Positions 48,669 to 58,083 of a stretch of DNA of 64,000 bases are shown piece after piece. Made by a program: the position numbers and the translations under genes. Position 1 is the first letter of the stretch; each line of letters opens with the position of its first letter. The notes below the pieces were generated by a model, which was not told where the DNA came from, made no database searches, and saw only the letters and a list, made by a program, of their open reading frames with translations. Origin of the DNA: Alphaproteobacteria bacterium (GTDB lineage: Bacteria > Pseudomonadota > Alphaproteobacteria > SP197); NCBI GenBank assembly GCA_964291415.2, contig OZ219917.1:832001-896000 (forward strand), written 5' to 3'.

Positions 48669-49544
48669 ATGCCACATGCCGACGTGGTGCCCGTTCCCCG
48701 GAAAGCGATCGACGATTTTCGCCGTGACGGCGCCGTGATGCTGAAAGGGGTTCTCGACGCTGGCTGGCGCCGGGAACTCGAGAAGGGAATCGCCGCCCTG
48801 AAGGACAACCCCGGCCGCCACAGGGTGGACTGGATCCGTGACGAGGCGACCGGCAATCATGTCCTCTTCGATGCGGCCCTTGTACCGGACAATCCCTTCT
48901 TCGCATCAGCCATGACCTCGTCGCCGCTTGGCCCGATCGCGGCGCGCATGATGGAGTCGCCCACGGCCCTCGCGTTCTACGTGTCGATGTTCCTGCGCTC
49001 GCCCGGCACGTCGACGCCCACGCCGTGGCACCAGGACCAGACGTACTGGTGCGCCGAAGGCCGCCAGGCGCTGAGCATCTGGACGTCCCTCGATCCGGTG
49101 CCGGCCGGCACCGAGCTGCAGTTCGTCCGCGGATCTCACCTGTGGGATCGTCCGCTCGCACAGCCGTTCTTCGAACACGAACAGCTTGGCGGCGTGCGCG
49201 ATGACGGCCCCGGTGACACCGTTGCCATCACCGACTTCGCAGCCAGCGACGTCCATGAGGTCATCGGCTGGCCCACGGAACCAGGCGACGTCGTGGTGTT
49301 TCACGGCATGACGGCCCACGGCGGATCGGGCAACCTGCCCGACGGGCTTGGAAGGCGGACACTGTCGTTCCAGTGGCTGGGCGAGGATATCCGGGTCACC
49401 ACCCGCCCCGGGGGCTGTTCGCCGGACTGGTTGCCGGAATTTGCCAGCTACGGCGTGGAACTGGGCGACTATCCATGGTGTGCCATGTGCCCCAGGGTTT
49501 CGGTCGACGGGGTGGTTGCGCTCCGGGAGGGAAAACTGTCATGA
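48669..49544 (+). CDS. Phytanoyl-CoA dioxygenase (PhyH) family protein
   Basis: F.RDGAV, TPWHQD, IW..LDPV, GSH.W, PGD.V.FH....HG. Confidence 0.88.
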   Translation: MPHADVVPVPRKAIDDFRRDGAVMLKGVLDAGWRRELEKGIAALKDNPGRHRVDWIRDEATGNHVLFDAALVPDNPFFASAMTSSPLGPIAARMMESPTALAFYVSMFLRSPGTSTPTPWHQDQTYWCAEGRQALSIWTSLDPVPAGTELQFVRGSHLWDRPLAQPFFEHEQLGGVRDDGPGDTVAITDFAASDVHEVIGWPTEPGDVVVFHGMTAHGGSGNLPDGLGRRTLSFQWLGEDIRVTTRPGGCSPDWLPEFASYGVELGDYPWCAMCPRVSVDGVVALREGKLS

Positions 49545-50791
49545 CCAGTATCGGATTGCGCCCCGGACACTTCGACGCCTCGGGTCTGGCGCCGGTCGAT
49601 CTGCCGTTCACCGGGGAGGAGTACTGTGCGCGCCTGAAGAAGCTCACCGACATGGCCGCCGAGGAGGGGATCGACCTGCTCTGGTTGACGTCGCCCGAGG
49701 GCGTTGCCTGGCTCCACGGATTCACCGCCTCGTGGTACAAGGGCCAGGCGCCGATGCGTTACCCGCAGTGCTATGGCACCGCCGTTCATGTCGCCAGCCG
49801 GCGATTCATCCATTTCGATAACCCGACCGAGGAACCGGTCCTCGCCCTGACCTCGCGGTCACGGGACAACCGCTGGCTTCCCGATCGCGAGGCGGGGCCC
49901 AATATCGCCTTCATTGTCGAGGAACTGAGACGTGAGGGGTGGCTTTCCGGCACCGTCGGAATGGAGTTCTGGAGCTATCTGCCGAACCGCGCCATCAGCA
50001 CCATGTTCGAGGGGGCCTTTCTCGCTGCCGGCGCCCGCCCGGTCGACATGAGCGCCATGGTGCGCCGGGCCCGGCGGGTCAAGTCCGCCGCGGAAATCGC
50101 CTGCATCGAGCGGGCCATGGAGATCTGCGACATCGGACACCAGGCAATCGTCGACAATCTCGAACCCGGCATCACCGAACTCGAACTCTTCGGCAGGGTG
50201 ACGGCCGCCATGATGGCGGCCGGTGGTGAGTTCTCGGCGCTCATCCCGGTCTTCAACGCCATGCCGCTTGCCGGGTCGAAGCCGATGTCGAGCGGTCATT
50301 CGATGGCGTCGCGCAGGGTGATCAACGCCGGGGAAGTCCTGGCCGCGGACCTCTGTGGTGTCTTCAACCGCTATCATGCGAATGCGTTGCGGGGATACTA
50401 CGTCGGCGACGATCCGCCACGCGATCTCGTGGAGCGCTACCGCCTCTCGGGCGGCGTCTTCGGGGTGATCGCCAGCGACGTCAAGGCGGGCATGACGGTG
50501 CGCGACGTCAATCGCCTGCTGCGCTCCTACTACGAGGAGACCGGCCTGTGGTCCGATGACGAGGGCTGGGCACTGGGCTATGAACTCGGCTGGTCGCTGC
50601 CGCCCGACTGGGTCGGAGACTTCTACTTTCACCTCGGCGATGACCGCTATCTCGACCGCGTGTTCGAGGAGAACATGGTGACCAACTTCGAGAGCCTCTT
50701 CGACACCCATCTCATCGACACCCTCGTCTACGGCAGGAACGGAACGAGGGTGCTCTCGACGACGCCGCTCGAGTTGATCGCCGTGGGATAG
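49541..50791 (+). CDS. M24 family hydrolase (creatinase/ectoine hydrolase-like)
   Basis: Creatinase-N region, R.VKS.AEI, RYHAN..R, GYELG.S.PPDW; ATGA-coupled to PhyH. Confidence 0.8.
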   Translation: MTSIGLRPGHFDASGLAPVDLPFTGEEYCARLKKLTDMAAEEGIDLLWLTSPEGVAWLHGFTASWYKGQAPMRYPQCYGTAVHVASRRFIHFDNPTEEPVLALTSRSRDNRWLPDREAGPNIAFIVEELRREGWLSGTVGMEFWSYLPNRAISTMFEGAFLAAGARPVDMSAMVRRARRVKSAAEIACIERAMEICDIGHQAIVDNLEPGITELELFGRVTAAMMAAGGEFSALIPVFNAMPLAGSKPMSSGHSMASRRVINAGEVLAADLCGVFNRYHANALRGYYVGDDPPRDLVERYRLSGGVFGVIASDVKAGMTVRDVNRLLRSYYEETGLWSDDEGWALGYELGWSLPPDWVGDFYFHLGDDRYLDRVFEENMVTNFESLFDTHLIDTLVYGRNGTRVLSTTPLELIAVG

Positions 50792-50848
50792 GGCGGCCGG
50801 GAGCCGCTCCGCTGTCCCGGAACACCATCGCTCGGACAGGAGGAATCC

Positions 50849-52015
50849 ATGACCGAACCAGCCACGGCCGGTCTCCCGGAGACCGAAGCCCAGATTCTGG
50901 CGGCGCTTGACCGTTTCCTTGTTCGCGAGGTGGAACCCCATGTCATGGCGCTGGAGGATGCCGACGAGTATCCAGGCGACATCGTCGAGGGCATGAAGGA
51001 ACTGGGACTCTTCGGCTGCGTCATTTCCGAGGAACATGGCGGCCTCGGTCTGCCGGTGACGACCTATGTGCGCATTGTCGAGCGCATCTGCGAAACCTGG
51101 ATGTCCCTGTCGGGCATCTTCAACACCCATCTCCTGATGGCCTGGATCGTCGAGAGGTTCGGCACCGCGGAACAAAAGACAACCTGGTTGCCGAAGTTCG
51201 CCAGCGGCGAGATCCGGGGCGGCCTGGCGCTGACCGAACCTGGATGCGGCACGGACCTGCAGGCCATCCGGACGCGCGCGCTGCGGGACGGGACGGACTA
51301 CGTGGTGAACGGGACCAAGACATGGATCACCAACGGCTACCACGGCGACTGCGTCGCGCTGCTGGTCAAGACCGACATGGAGGCCGAACCGCGCCACCGG
51401 GGAATCAGTCTCTTCCTTGCGCAAAAGGGCGAGGGTTTCACGGCCAGCCGCAAGCTCCGCAAGCTCGGCTATCGCGGTATCGACACGGCGGAGCTCGTGT
51501 TCGAGGACTTCAGGATTCCTCAAGACCGACTGATCGGGGGCAGGGAAGGTCTTGGTCTCAAGCAGGCCCTCGGCGCCCTCGAACTCGGCCGCATCAATGT
51601 CGCCGCGCGCGGTGTCGGTGTGGCCGGGCGGGCCCTTGATCTCGCCGTGGCCTACGCGAAGCAGCGCGAGACATTCGGAAAGGCGATCGCCAATCACCAG
51701 GCGATCCAGATCAAGCTTGCCGACATGGCGACCAGGCTCGAGGCGTCGCGGCATCTCACCCGGTCCGCGGCTGCGGCGTTCGACGCCGGGGAACGGTGCG
51801 ACATGGAGGCAGGCATGGCCAAGTTGCATGCTACCGAGACCGCGCTCTTCAATGCCACGGAATCCATGCGCATCCATGGCGCCTACGGCTATTCGAAGGA
51901 GTTCGAGATCGAGCGCCTCTACCGGGACGCCCCCCTGCTCGTCATCGGAGAGGGAACGAACGAACTTCAGCGGATCGTCATCGCCCGCCAGCTTGTCGCC
52001 CGCCATCCGGACTGA
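50849..52015 (+). CDS. Acyl-CoA dehydrogenase
   Basis: LTEP..G.D, NG.K.WITNG, KLG.RG, R..FGK.I..HQ, HG.YGY..E, IGEGTNE. Confidence 0.95.
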   Translation: MTEPATAGLPETEAQILAALDRFLVREVEPHVMALEDADEYPGDIVEGMKELGLFGCVISEEHGGLGLPVTTYVRIVERICETWMSLSGIFNTHLLMAWIVERFGTAEQKTTWLPKFASGEIRGGLALTEPGCGTDLQAIRTRALRDGTDYVVNGTKTWITNGYHGDCVALLVKTDMEAEPRHRGISLFLAQKGEGFTASRKLRKLGYRGIDTAELVFEDFRIPQDRLIGGREGLGLKQALGALELGRINVAARGVGVAGRALDLAVAYAKQRETFGKAIANHQAIQIKLADMATRLEASRHLTRSAAAAFDAGERCDMEAGMAKLHATETALFNATESMRIHGAYGYSKEFEIERLYRDAPLLVIGEGTNELQRIVIARQLVARHPD

Positions 52016-52022
52016 CCACATC

Positions 52023-53219
52023 ATGGCATTCCCCCTTGAAGGCGTGAGGATCCTCTCGGTCGAGCAGTACGCAGCCGGGCCCTTCGGCACCCTGGCGCTC
52101 GCCGATCTCGGCGCCGAGATCATCAGGATCGAGAACCCGGCGGATGGCGGCGACATCGGCCGGCGCGTTCGTCTCGCCGGAGAAACGTCAGGCGAGGGGA
52201 TGAGCCTGTTTCACCAGACCTTCAACAGGAACAAGAAGAGCATCACGCTCGATCTCAAGCATCCCAGGGGGCGCGAGATCCTGCATCGCCTGGTGGCCCG
52301 CGCGGACGCGGTCTTCAACAACCTGAGGGGAGATCTTCCCGAATCGCTCGGTCTCGACTACCAGGCGCTCGGCGCAGTGAAGCCGGAGATCGTCTGTGTC
52401 CACCTCTCGGCTTATGGCCGGCAGAACGAGCGCGCCGGATGGCCGGGCTACGACTATCTCATGCAGGCCGAGTGCGGCTGGCTCTCGGTGACCGGCGATC
52501 CCGGTGGCGAGCCCCAGCGCATGGGGCTTTCCCTGGTGGACTACTCTGCCGGCCTCCAGGGTGCTGTCGCCATCCTCGCCGGAATCATCGGCGCCCGGAC
52601 ATCCGCAAGGGGCGGCGATCTTGACGTCAGCCTCTTCGGCGCCGCCATCACCAGCCTGGCCTACGTCGCCACCTGGTTCCTCTCGGCGGGCGTGGAAACC
52701 GGCCGCCATCCCCGCTCGGCGCATCCCAGTCTCACGCCGAGCCAGCTGTTCCGCACCCGCGACGGCTGGATCTTCATCATGTGCAACAAGGAGAAGTTCT
52801 GGCCGAAACTGTGCGCCGCGATCGGAGAACCCGCCCTTGCTGATGATCCGGACTATGCCGGATTTGCCGAACGCCTCATCCATCGCGACCGGCTCACCGG
52901 ACTGCTCGACCAGGCGCTGGGACGACGGACCACGAACGAATGGATGTCGGTGTTCTCCGGCGAGGTGCCTGCCGCACCGGTGCACGACGTCAAGGGCGCT
53001 CTCGACAGCCCCTTTGCGCGCGACAGCGGTTACATCCTCGCCTGCGAGACGTCCACCGGGACGCCTGTCACGGCTCCCGGCCCCGCCGTGCGGGTTGCCG
53101 GCAGCAGATCGCTGAGGGAACCAGCACCGGATCTTGCCCGCGATCTGGAGGCGGTGATGGCCGAAGTCGGCATAGATGGGGACGAACTTGCCGCCCTTCG
53201 GGAGGCGGGCGTCGTCTGA
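52023..53219 (+). CDS. CaiB/BaiF family III CoA-transferase
   Basis: PLEGVRIL, AGP, LADLGAE, NRNKKSI.LDLK, GYD...QA. Confidence 0.93.
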   Translation: MAFPLEGVRILSVEQYAAGPFGTLALADLGAEIIRIENPADGGDIGRRVRLAGETSGEGMSLFHQTFNRNKKSITLDLKHPRGREILHRLVARADAVFNNLRGDLPESLGLDYQALGAVKPEIVCVHLSAYGRQNERAGWPGYDYLMQAECGWLSVTGDPGGEPQRMGLSLVDYSAGLQGAVAILAGIIGARTSARGGDLDVSLFGAAITSLAYVATWFLSAGVETGRHPRSAHPSLTPSQLFRTRDGWIFIMCNKEKFWPKLCAAIGEPALADDPDYAGFAERLIHRDRLTGLLDQALGRRTTNEWMSVFSGEVPAAPVHDVKGALDSPFARDSGYILACETSTGTPVTAPGPAVRVAGSRSLREPAPDLARDLEAVMAEVGIDGDELAALREAGVV

Positions 53220-53560
53220 GTGTTGGTGTCTCCGGCGTGCGTCACCCGGAGGCGGGTGTCGCGCCACGACAAGGCTGTCGACCGAGAACGAAGTCGAGAC
53301 CGCAAGGAAGCAAATCGTTCCTCTTTCGCGGGATGTGGTCGCCTCCGTCCTCGGGAACGGACCGATCGAGGGCGATGAACCGGGATGCGTGTGCGACGGA
53401 GACTTTCAGCAAACCCATCAATCCCAAGGGCAACAGCACGTTTCCCGCTGTGCGGATGGCCACCGCAATCCGACTGGAAGCTCAGATCCTTGCCCCTCAC
53501 CCTCTGGAAGCGTCTGGTCGAACTTACCCGGATAGGCGTATCACAAGACAGAACCAGTCA

Positions 53561-53986
53561 TTACGTCCCTACATGATCTGCCAGCATCATCACGGCCTCG
53601 CCGTGCTCGGTCGGCGCCACGGCCGTCACGAATCGACGGTCCGCCGTCACAACCGTTGCGCCGATGCGGTGCGCGAGCGCGAGATACACGCAATCGTAGA
53701 CCGGATGGTCGAGGGCCAGCGCCAGGCGCATCGCATCGGCGGAGACGGTCTCGTCGTCGTTCCAGCGTACCGGCATGTCGGCAAGCAAGGCCATGGCGGC
53801 GCCGGCATCGGCGCGCTCGATCTGCCCCACCCGCGCCTTGCGCCTCAGCACATTGGCAACCTCGGAAGCCATCAGGCGCGGTGCGTGCAACTCCTGCCCG
53901 CTCGCCGCCAGTTGGTCCGCAACATCCGCGTCTTCTTCGGCGACCAGCCACTTGACCGCCACGCTTGCATCGACGACGAGACGCAT
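53561..53986 (-). CDS. vapC: PIN-domain (VapC-like) toxin
   Basis: VVDASVAVKW, E.AN, YDC.YLALA, TAD. Confidence 0.9.
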   Translation of the reverse strand: MRLVVDASVAVKWLVAEEDADVADQLAASGQELHAPRLMASEVANVLRRKARVGQIERADAGAAMALLADMPVRWNDDETVSADAMRLALALDHPVYDCVYLALAHRIGATVVTADRRFVTAVAPTEHGEAVMMLADHVGT

Positions 53987-54246
53987 CAAAAGTCGTCGCG
54001 ATGGCCGTGGTCGCGGTCCTCGCGAATCAGCACTTCCGCCGGCGTGTGCTTGCGGCCCTTGGTCTTCTTCCGCAGCCGGCGCGAGGCTTCCAGGAACCTG
54101 GCGCGCTTCGCCGCCATGTCGTCGTCGGCAGCGCATTCCAGGATGTGGCGCACCTCGCCCTCCAGGGAGCGATTGTTCGACGATGCGCGCCGCTTGAGAC
54201 GGTTCACCACGTCATCGTCAAGTTGCCGGACGTTGATCGTCGCCAT
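53986..54246 (-). CDS. FitA/Arc-like RHH antitoxin
   Basis: ATI.VR.LDD.V..RLK.RA..N.RSLE.EVR.IL, IREDR. Confidence 0.88.
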   Translation of the reverse strand: MATINVRQLDDDVVNRLKRRASSNNRSLEGEVRHILECAADDDMAAKRARFLEASRRLRKKTKGRKHTPAEVLIREDRDHGHRDDF

Positions 54247-54263
54247 CGTTTTGCCTTCAGATG

Positions 54264-54282
54264 TGATAGCAAAGTGGTATCA
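54264..54282. promoter_or_regulatory. FitA-type operator palindrome
   Basis: TGATAGCA-AAG-TGGTATCA inverted repeat just upstream of the antitoxin start. Confidence 0.6.
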
Positions 54283-54319
54283 GGCTGTTGCAACGCCTGC
54301 AAGCCCCAATGACGGGGCT

Positions 54320-54620
54320 GTCGAAGTGCCGGACGCGATGCTCCTCACGTCGAGGACAATGAAATCGCGCGCCGATAGCGACGAACACCATGGCTGCCGC
54401 CGCATCACCATGCGGTTCCCTCCATGTGTGATCAGCTCGGAATCGAACACCAGGCGTGCGGCGGCGATATCCGGCAGGCGAGAGGAGAGGCTGTTTCACC
54501 AGATCATCAACAGGAACCAGAAGAGCATCACGTTTGATCTCAGGCATCCCCGGGGATGCGAGGCTCCGCATCGTCTGGTTGTTCGCGCAGACGATCCTTC
54601 CGCACTGTCGCAACGACCTC
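54320..54620 (+). pseudogene. Decayed copy of the CoA-transferase 5' region
   Basis: 54491-54593 matches 52206-52308 at 85/103 nt ungapped (hand count); weaker, indel-containing similarity extends upstream. Confidence 0.85.
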
Positions 54621-54800
54621 GTCGAACTGCCGGTCACGATCGTCAGGAAACCGCCAGACATCGGTCAATTCAGGCGTTCACCGGTAGCCGGCGAGAAGTA
54701 TGAAACCCCGTCGAGATTGACGGCGAGGTCACGAGTCGAACCCCGCCGGACCGTGGTGTCGGACTGGAGGAACGCCGTGACCTGCCTGCCGCCCTTGGTG

Positions 54801-55442
54801 TCACGCGATGAGGTAGGTGTGCTCCACGAGTTGGGTGACACCACGTTTTCGCAAGTCCGAGCGGGCGATGATGTCTTCCTCCCCCAAGTGTCGTACCCGG
54901 CGTCGGTCGCCAAAGAGCGCACGCACGTCCGGTTCGGCCAGCGAAAAGGGGGGACCCTCGATCTCGTGCTCGGGGTAGACCATGGAGACCAGGAGTATCG
55001 GGGCGTCGAAGAGTTCGCCGAGGCGCTGCGCGTAGCGTTGCCGCACGCCCGGCGGCAACGCGACAAGGGCGGCCCGGTCGTAGACGGCCTTGACTCCTTC
55101 GAGGTCGGCAGCGTCGAGCGCGAAGAAGTCGCCGGCGAACAGGCGGAAACCGGGACTGTCGAGGACCGAGTAACGGCGGTGTTGCGTCTCGGTGAAATCG
55201 CGACCATGAGCCTCCAGGAATGTGCGTCCGGCAAGTGGGCTGAGGTCAACGCCGAGAACTTCGAGCCCCTGTTCATGGAGCCACCACATGTCCTCCGCCT
55301 TCCCGCACAAGGGCACGAATACCCTCTCGCCGGGCTGCAGCTTCAGGCAATCGAAGTGGCGCTTCAGCGCCGCGTTGACCGCGCCCTCGTGCCATGGGGT
55401 ACTGCCCTCCTGCCAGCGCTCCAGCCAGAACTCGTCCTTCAT
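54801..55442 (-). CDS. tpm: Thiopurine S-methyltransferase
   Basis: FW.ERW, RVFVPLCGK, GVDLS, GDFF, YDRAALVALP, GPPFS. Confidence 0.9.
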   Translation of the reverse strand: MKDEFWLERWQEGSTPWHEGAVNAALKRHFDCLKLQPGERVFVPLCGKAEDMWWLHEQGLEVLGVDLSPLAGRTFLEAHGRDFTETQHRRYSVLDSPGFRLFAGDFFALDAADLEGVKAVYDRAALVALPPGVRQRYAQRLGELFDAPILLVSMVYPEHEIEGPPFSLAEPDVRALFGDRRRVRHLGEEDIIARSDLRKRGVTQLVEHTYLIA

Positions 55443-55678
55443 GGGTCGGCCCCTCCAGCGCCCGCAAGCCTACACTCCCGGAGAATCACGACAGCGCTTG
55501 CCTGCCGGCCGACCAGCGTCAGTCCTTCGCCGATCAGCGACCCGTCGTTCGCAATCCAGTCTTCGACATGCTTCTCAAAACCGACGTGGGAGCACTTGAT
55601 TCTCTTCGGTGCCGGCGGTCGCGCGTCTTCTTTGCCGCCCTTTCGGCATATGCTCCACGCTGCAAGTCTCGCCATCAC
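55439..55678 (-). pseudogene. Truncated NucS-like endonuclease N-terminus
   Basis: AGGAGG RBS; EKHVEDWIAND.SLIGEGLTLVGRQ then similarity stops before the D..D/E.K catalytic motif. Confidence 0.6.
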
Positions 55679-55788
55679 CGCCTCCTGTCAACGCCGTTCC
55701 CGACGCCGCCACCCCTGGCCTCCCGATCGACGGGCTTACAGTAGCCGGGACACCATGCACATGTCCTCCGTATCGCCGACAGCACCGT

Positions 55789-56735
55789 TCAGCTGTTTCG
55801 GCTATCGGACCCGTCGTTTCCATCGGGGAATTCCTTGCTGGCGATGGCCGTGAACCAGTCGGAATCCTCGTTCTGCCGCACGGTCCAGAATTCGTCGCTC
55901 ACCATCTCGCCGTCGGGGGTGTTGATGCCGAGATTGAGGTAGAAGTCCATGTCTCCGGATTTTCTGGCGTTGTACATGAGGACGGCGGTTCCGCCGGGCC
56001 TGAGAAGCCAGCGGATCTTGCAGGAGAGAAGGTCGGGTTCGCCGATATGGGAGGCCACGCCGAAGAGACCGACGACAAGGTCGAACGTCTGTCGCGGCTT
56101 CGGCCAGTAGTCCTCGAAGGAGGTCCGGATCAGACGGCCGTTGAATTCGGGGTGCTTGTCCTGGAACACACCGAGCATCCCCCGGCTGGGATCGATGCCG
56201 ACATAGCGCTCCGGCCGGATGTCCTGGAAAGCGGAAATCGACGAGGGATCCGGTGCCGCAGCCGATGTCGAGAATGTCGGTTCCAGGTCGAGATCTCCAG
56301 GGCGTCGTAAACCCGCTGGCTGCGCTCGACGTCCGCCTTCGTCTTGTGGATAGCGAGGTCGTAGACGTCGCAAATCCCCGCATAGGGATCGAACGGCAGT
56401 GCATGAATGGCCCGGTTGACGAGGATGTGATCGAGGCTTGCCCCCATCGTCCAGTACTTGTAGCCGTTCGCGCAGAAGCGACGATACCAGTGGCCTCTGA
56501 AGAACTCCTCGATCCGTTCCACTGCCCTCATTTTCCGGAGAGCCTCGACGAACTCCTCATCGTTTCCCCACGTCTCCTTGTGGGTATACGAATGGGGCGC
56601 GCCGGGCATCGTCCTGGCAAAGCGGTACGCGTGCGTCTCCAGAAGCCCGGTCAGTTCCGCGCAGGTGTCGAAGACCTCGGAGCTCCAGTTGGGTGCGGTC
56701 TCGATTGGACGAAACCTCTCGTCATGGCCGGTCAT
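55789..56735 (-). pseudogene. Doubly frameshifted fusion of an uncharacterised domain and a class I SAM methyltransferase
   Basis: Three consecutive frames: FARTMP..PHSY...YWTMG...VNRA...ALEI / PGTDILDIGCGTG / YVGIDPS.GML...FDLVV.LFG. Confidence 0.7.
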
Positions 56736-56938
56736 GGCTTGCGATCCCCGAACTGGCATCCGTGCGTCTCCGGCATATTCCGCCGCGTGATGTTGACGGA
56801 AGAGTGGAGAGGCCTGGAACAGTTGCCTCCTTCGGCAACTCGCTCAGCCTCGGCCAGGTACCGGTTGGGGAAGTGGTAGCGACGGCTGACATCGTCGTCG
56901 TACTCGGTGAGGGGCCTCGTGTCGAAGACGCCTTTCAT
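56732..56938 (-). pseudogene. Truncated N-terminus of a putative HNH restriction endonuclease
   Basis: MKGVFDT...YDDD...RYHFPNRYL start typical of that family; similarity lost after about 35 aa. Confidence 0.55.
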
Positions 56939-56980
56939 GAACTTCCCATTGCAGCGAGAGCAGGGGCGAACGTCGGGTGG

Positions 56981-58060
56981 TCAGAAGACGATGACGTTGC
57001 GCAGGGCCTCGCCGCGGTTGACGGCGGCGACGGCCTCGTTGATCTCGTCGAGGGGATAGGTGCGGGTGATGAGTTCGTCGAGCTTGAGCCGGCCCTCTTG
57101 GTAGAGATCGACCAGTCTCGGCACATCCACCCGGAGCCGGGTCGAGCCCATCTTGGAACCGAGAATGCGCTGACCGGAGCCGGCAATGGCCTGGGTTTCG
57201 AAGGCGGACATCTCACCGACAGCCGGCATGCCGACGATGACCGCCGTGCCGCCCGGGCGGATCACGTCGATTGCCTCTTCCATGGCCCGTGCATTGCCGA
57301 CGGTGATGAAGACGTAATCGGCTCCGCGGCCGCCGGTCAGACGTCGCACCGCTTCGCCGACGTCACCTTCGGCGCCGTTCACCGTTGCCGTGGCGCCGAA
57401 GGAGAGAGCCGATTCGAGCTTCTCGTCGAGAACGTCCACGGCGATGACCTGGCGGGCGCCGCAGATCGACGCCCCCTGGATGCTGTTGAGACCGACACCC
57501 CCGGCGCCGATGACGACGCATGTGCACCCGGCGGGCATCCGTGCCGTCGAGGCGACCGCGCCGTAGCCTGTGATGACGCCGCATGCGAGGAGGGAAGCGC
57601 TCTCCGGAGGCACGGACCGCGGCACCGTCACCACCTGCGAATGGTGCACAACCACCTCTTCGGCAAAGGCGCCGGTGCGCAGGCCCTGGAGGACCGGCGT
57701 GCCGTCCTTCCTCTTGAGGCGGCCCTTGCGGTCCACGGGGAACTCGGTTTCGCACAGGGTGGGCATACCCTGATCGCAGTAGAAGCAGTTGCCGCAGGAC
57801 CGGATCAGGGTCACGATCACCAGATCGCCAACTCCGGGAGAGTCAACCCCTGGTCCCGTGGCGATCACCTCGCCGGACGCCTCGTGGCCGTAGACCGCCG
57901 GCAGCGTGCCGCCCCAGGCTCCTTCCATGTAGTGGATGTCACTGTGGCAGATGGCGCAGGCGGCGACCTTCACGCGAAGTTCGCCGGCCTGCGGCGGATC
58001 AAGATCAAGATCCTCGACAACCAGAGGCTCGCCGAAGGCGCGGCACACGGCGGCCTTCAT
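56981..58060 (-). CDS. Zn-dependent alcohol dehydrogenase
   Basis: ICHSD, GHE, C..C..C, CGVITG.GA, GAGGVG. Confidence 0.93.
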   Translation of the reverse strand: MKAAVCRAFGEPLVVEDLDLDPPQAGELRVKVAACAICHSDIHYMEGAWGGTLPAVYGHEASGEVIATGPGVDSPGVGDLVIVTLIRSCGNCFYCDQGMPTLCETEFPVDRKGRLKRKDGTPVLQGLRTGAFAEEVVVHHSQVVTVPRSVPPESASLLACGVITGYGAVASTARMPAGCTCVVIGAGGVGLNSIQGASICGARQVIAVDVLDEKLESALSFGATATVNGAEGDVGEAVRRLTGGRGADYVFITVGNARAMEEAIDVIRPGGTAVIVGMPAVGEMSAFETQAIAGSGQRILGSKMGSTRLRVDVPRLVDLYQEGRLKLDELITRTYPLDEINEAVAAVNRGEALRNVIVF

Positions 58061-58083
58061 GGCGATGCCTCCTTACGCGAACG

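Noticed and set aside
53220-53560. Unexplained 340-bp spacer after the CoA-transferase
   Set aside because: No recognisable ORF motif, repeat or RNA structure
47506-58060. Two Zn-ADH genes as direct-repeat island boundaries
   Set aside because: The proteins are clearly diverged paralogues, not a recent duplication
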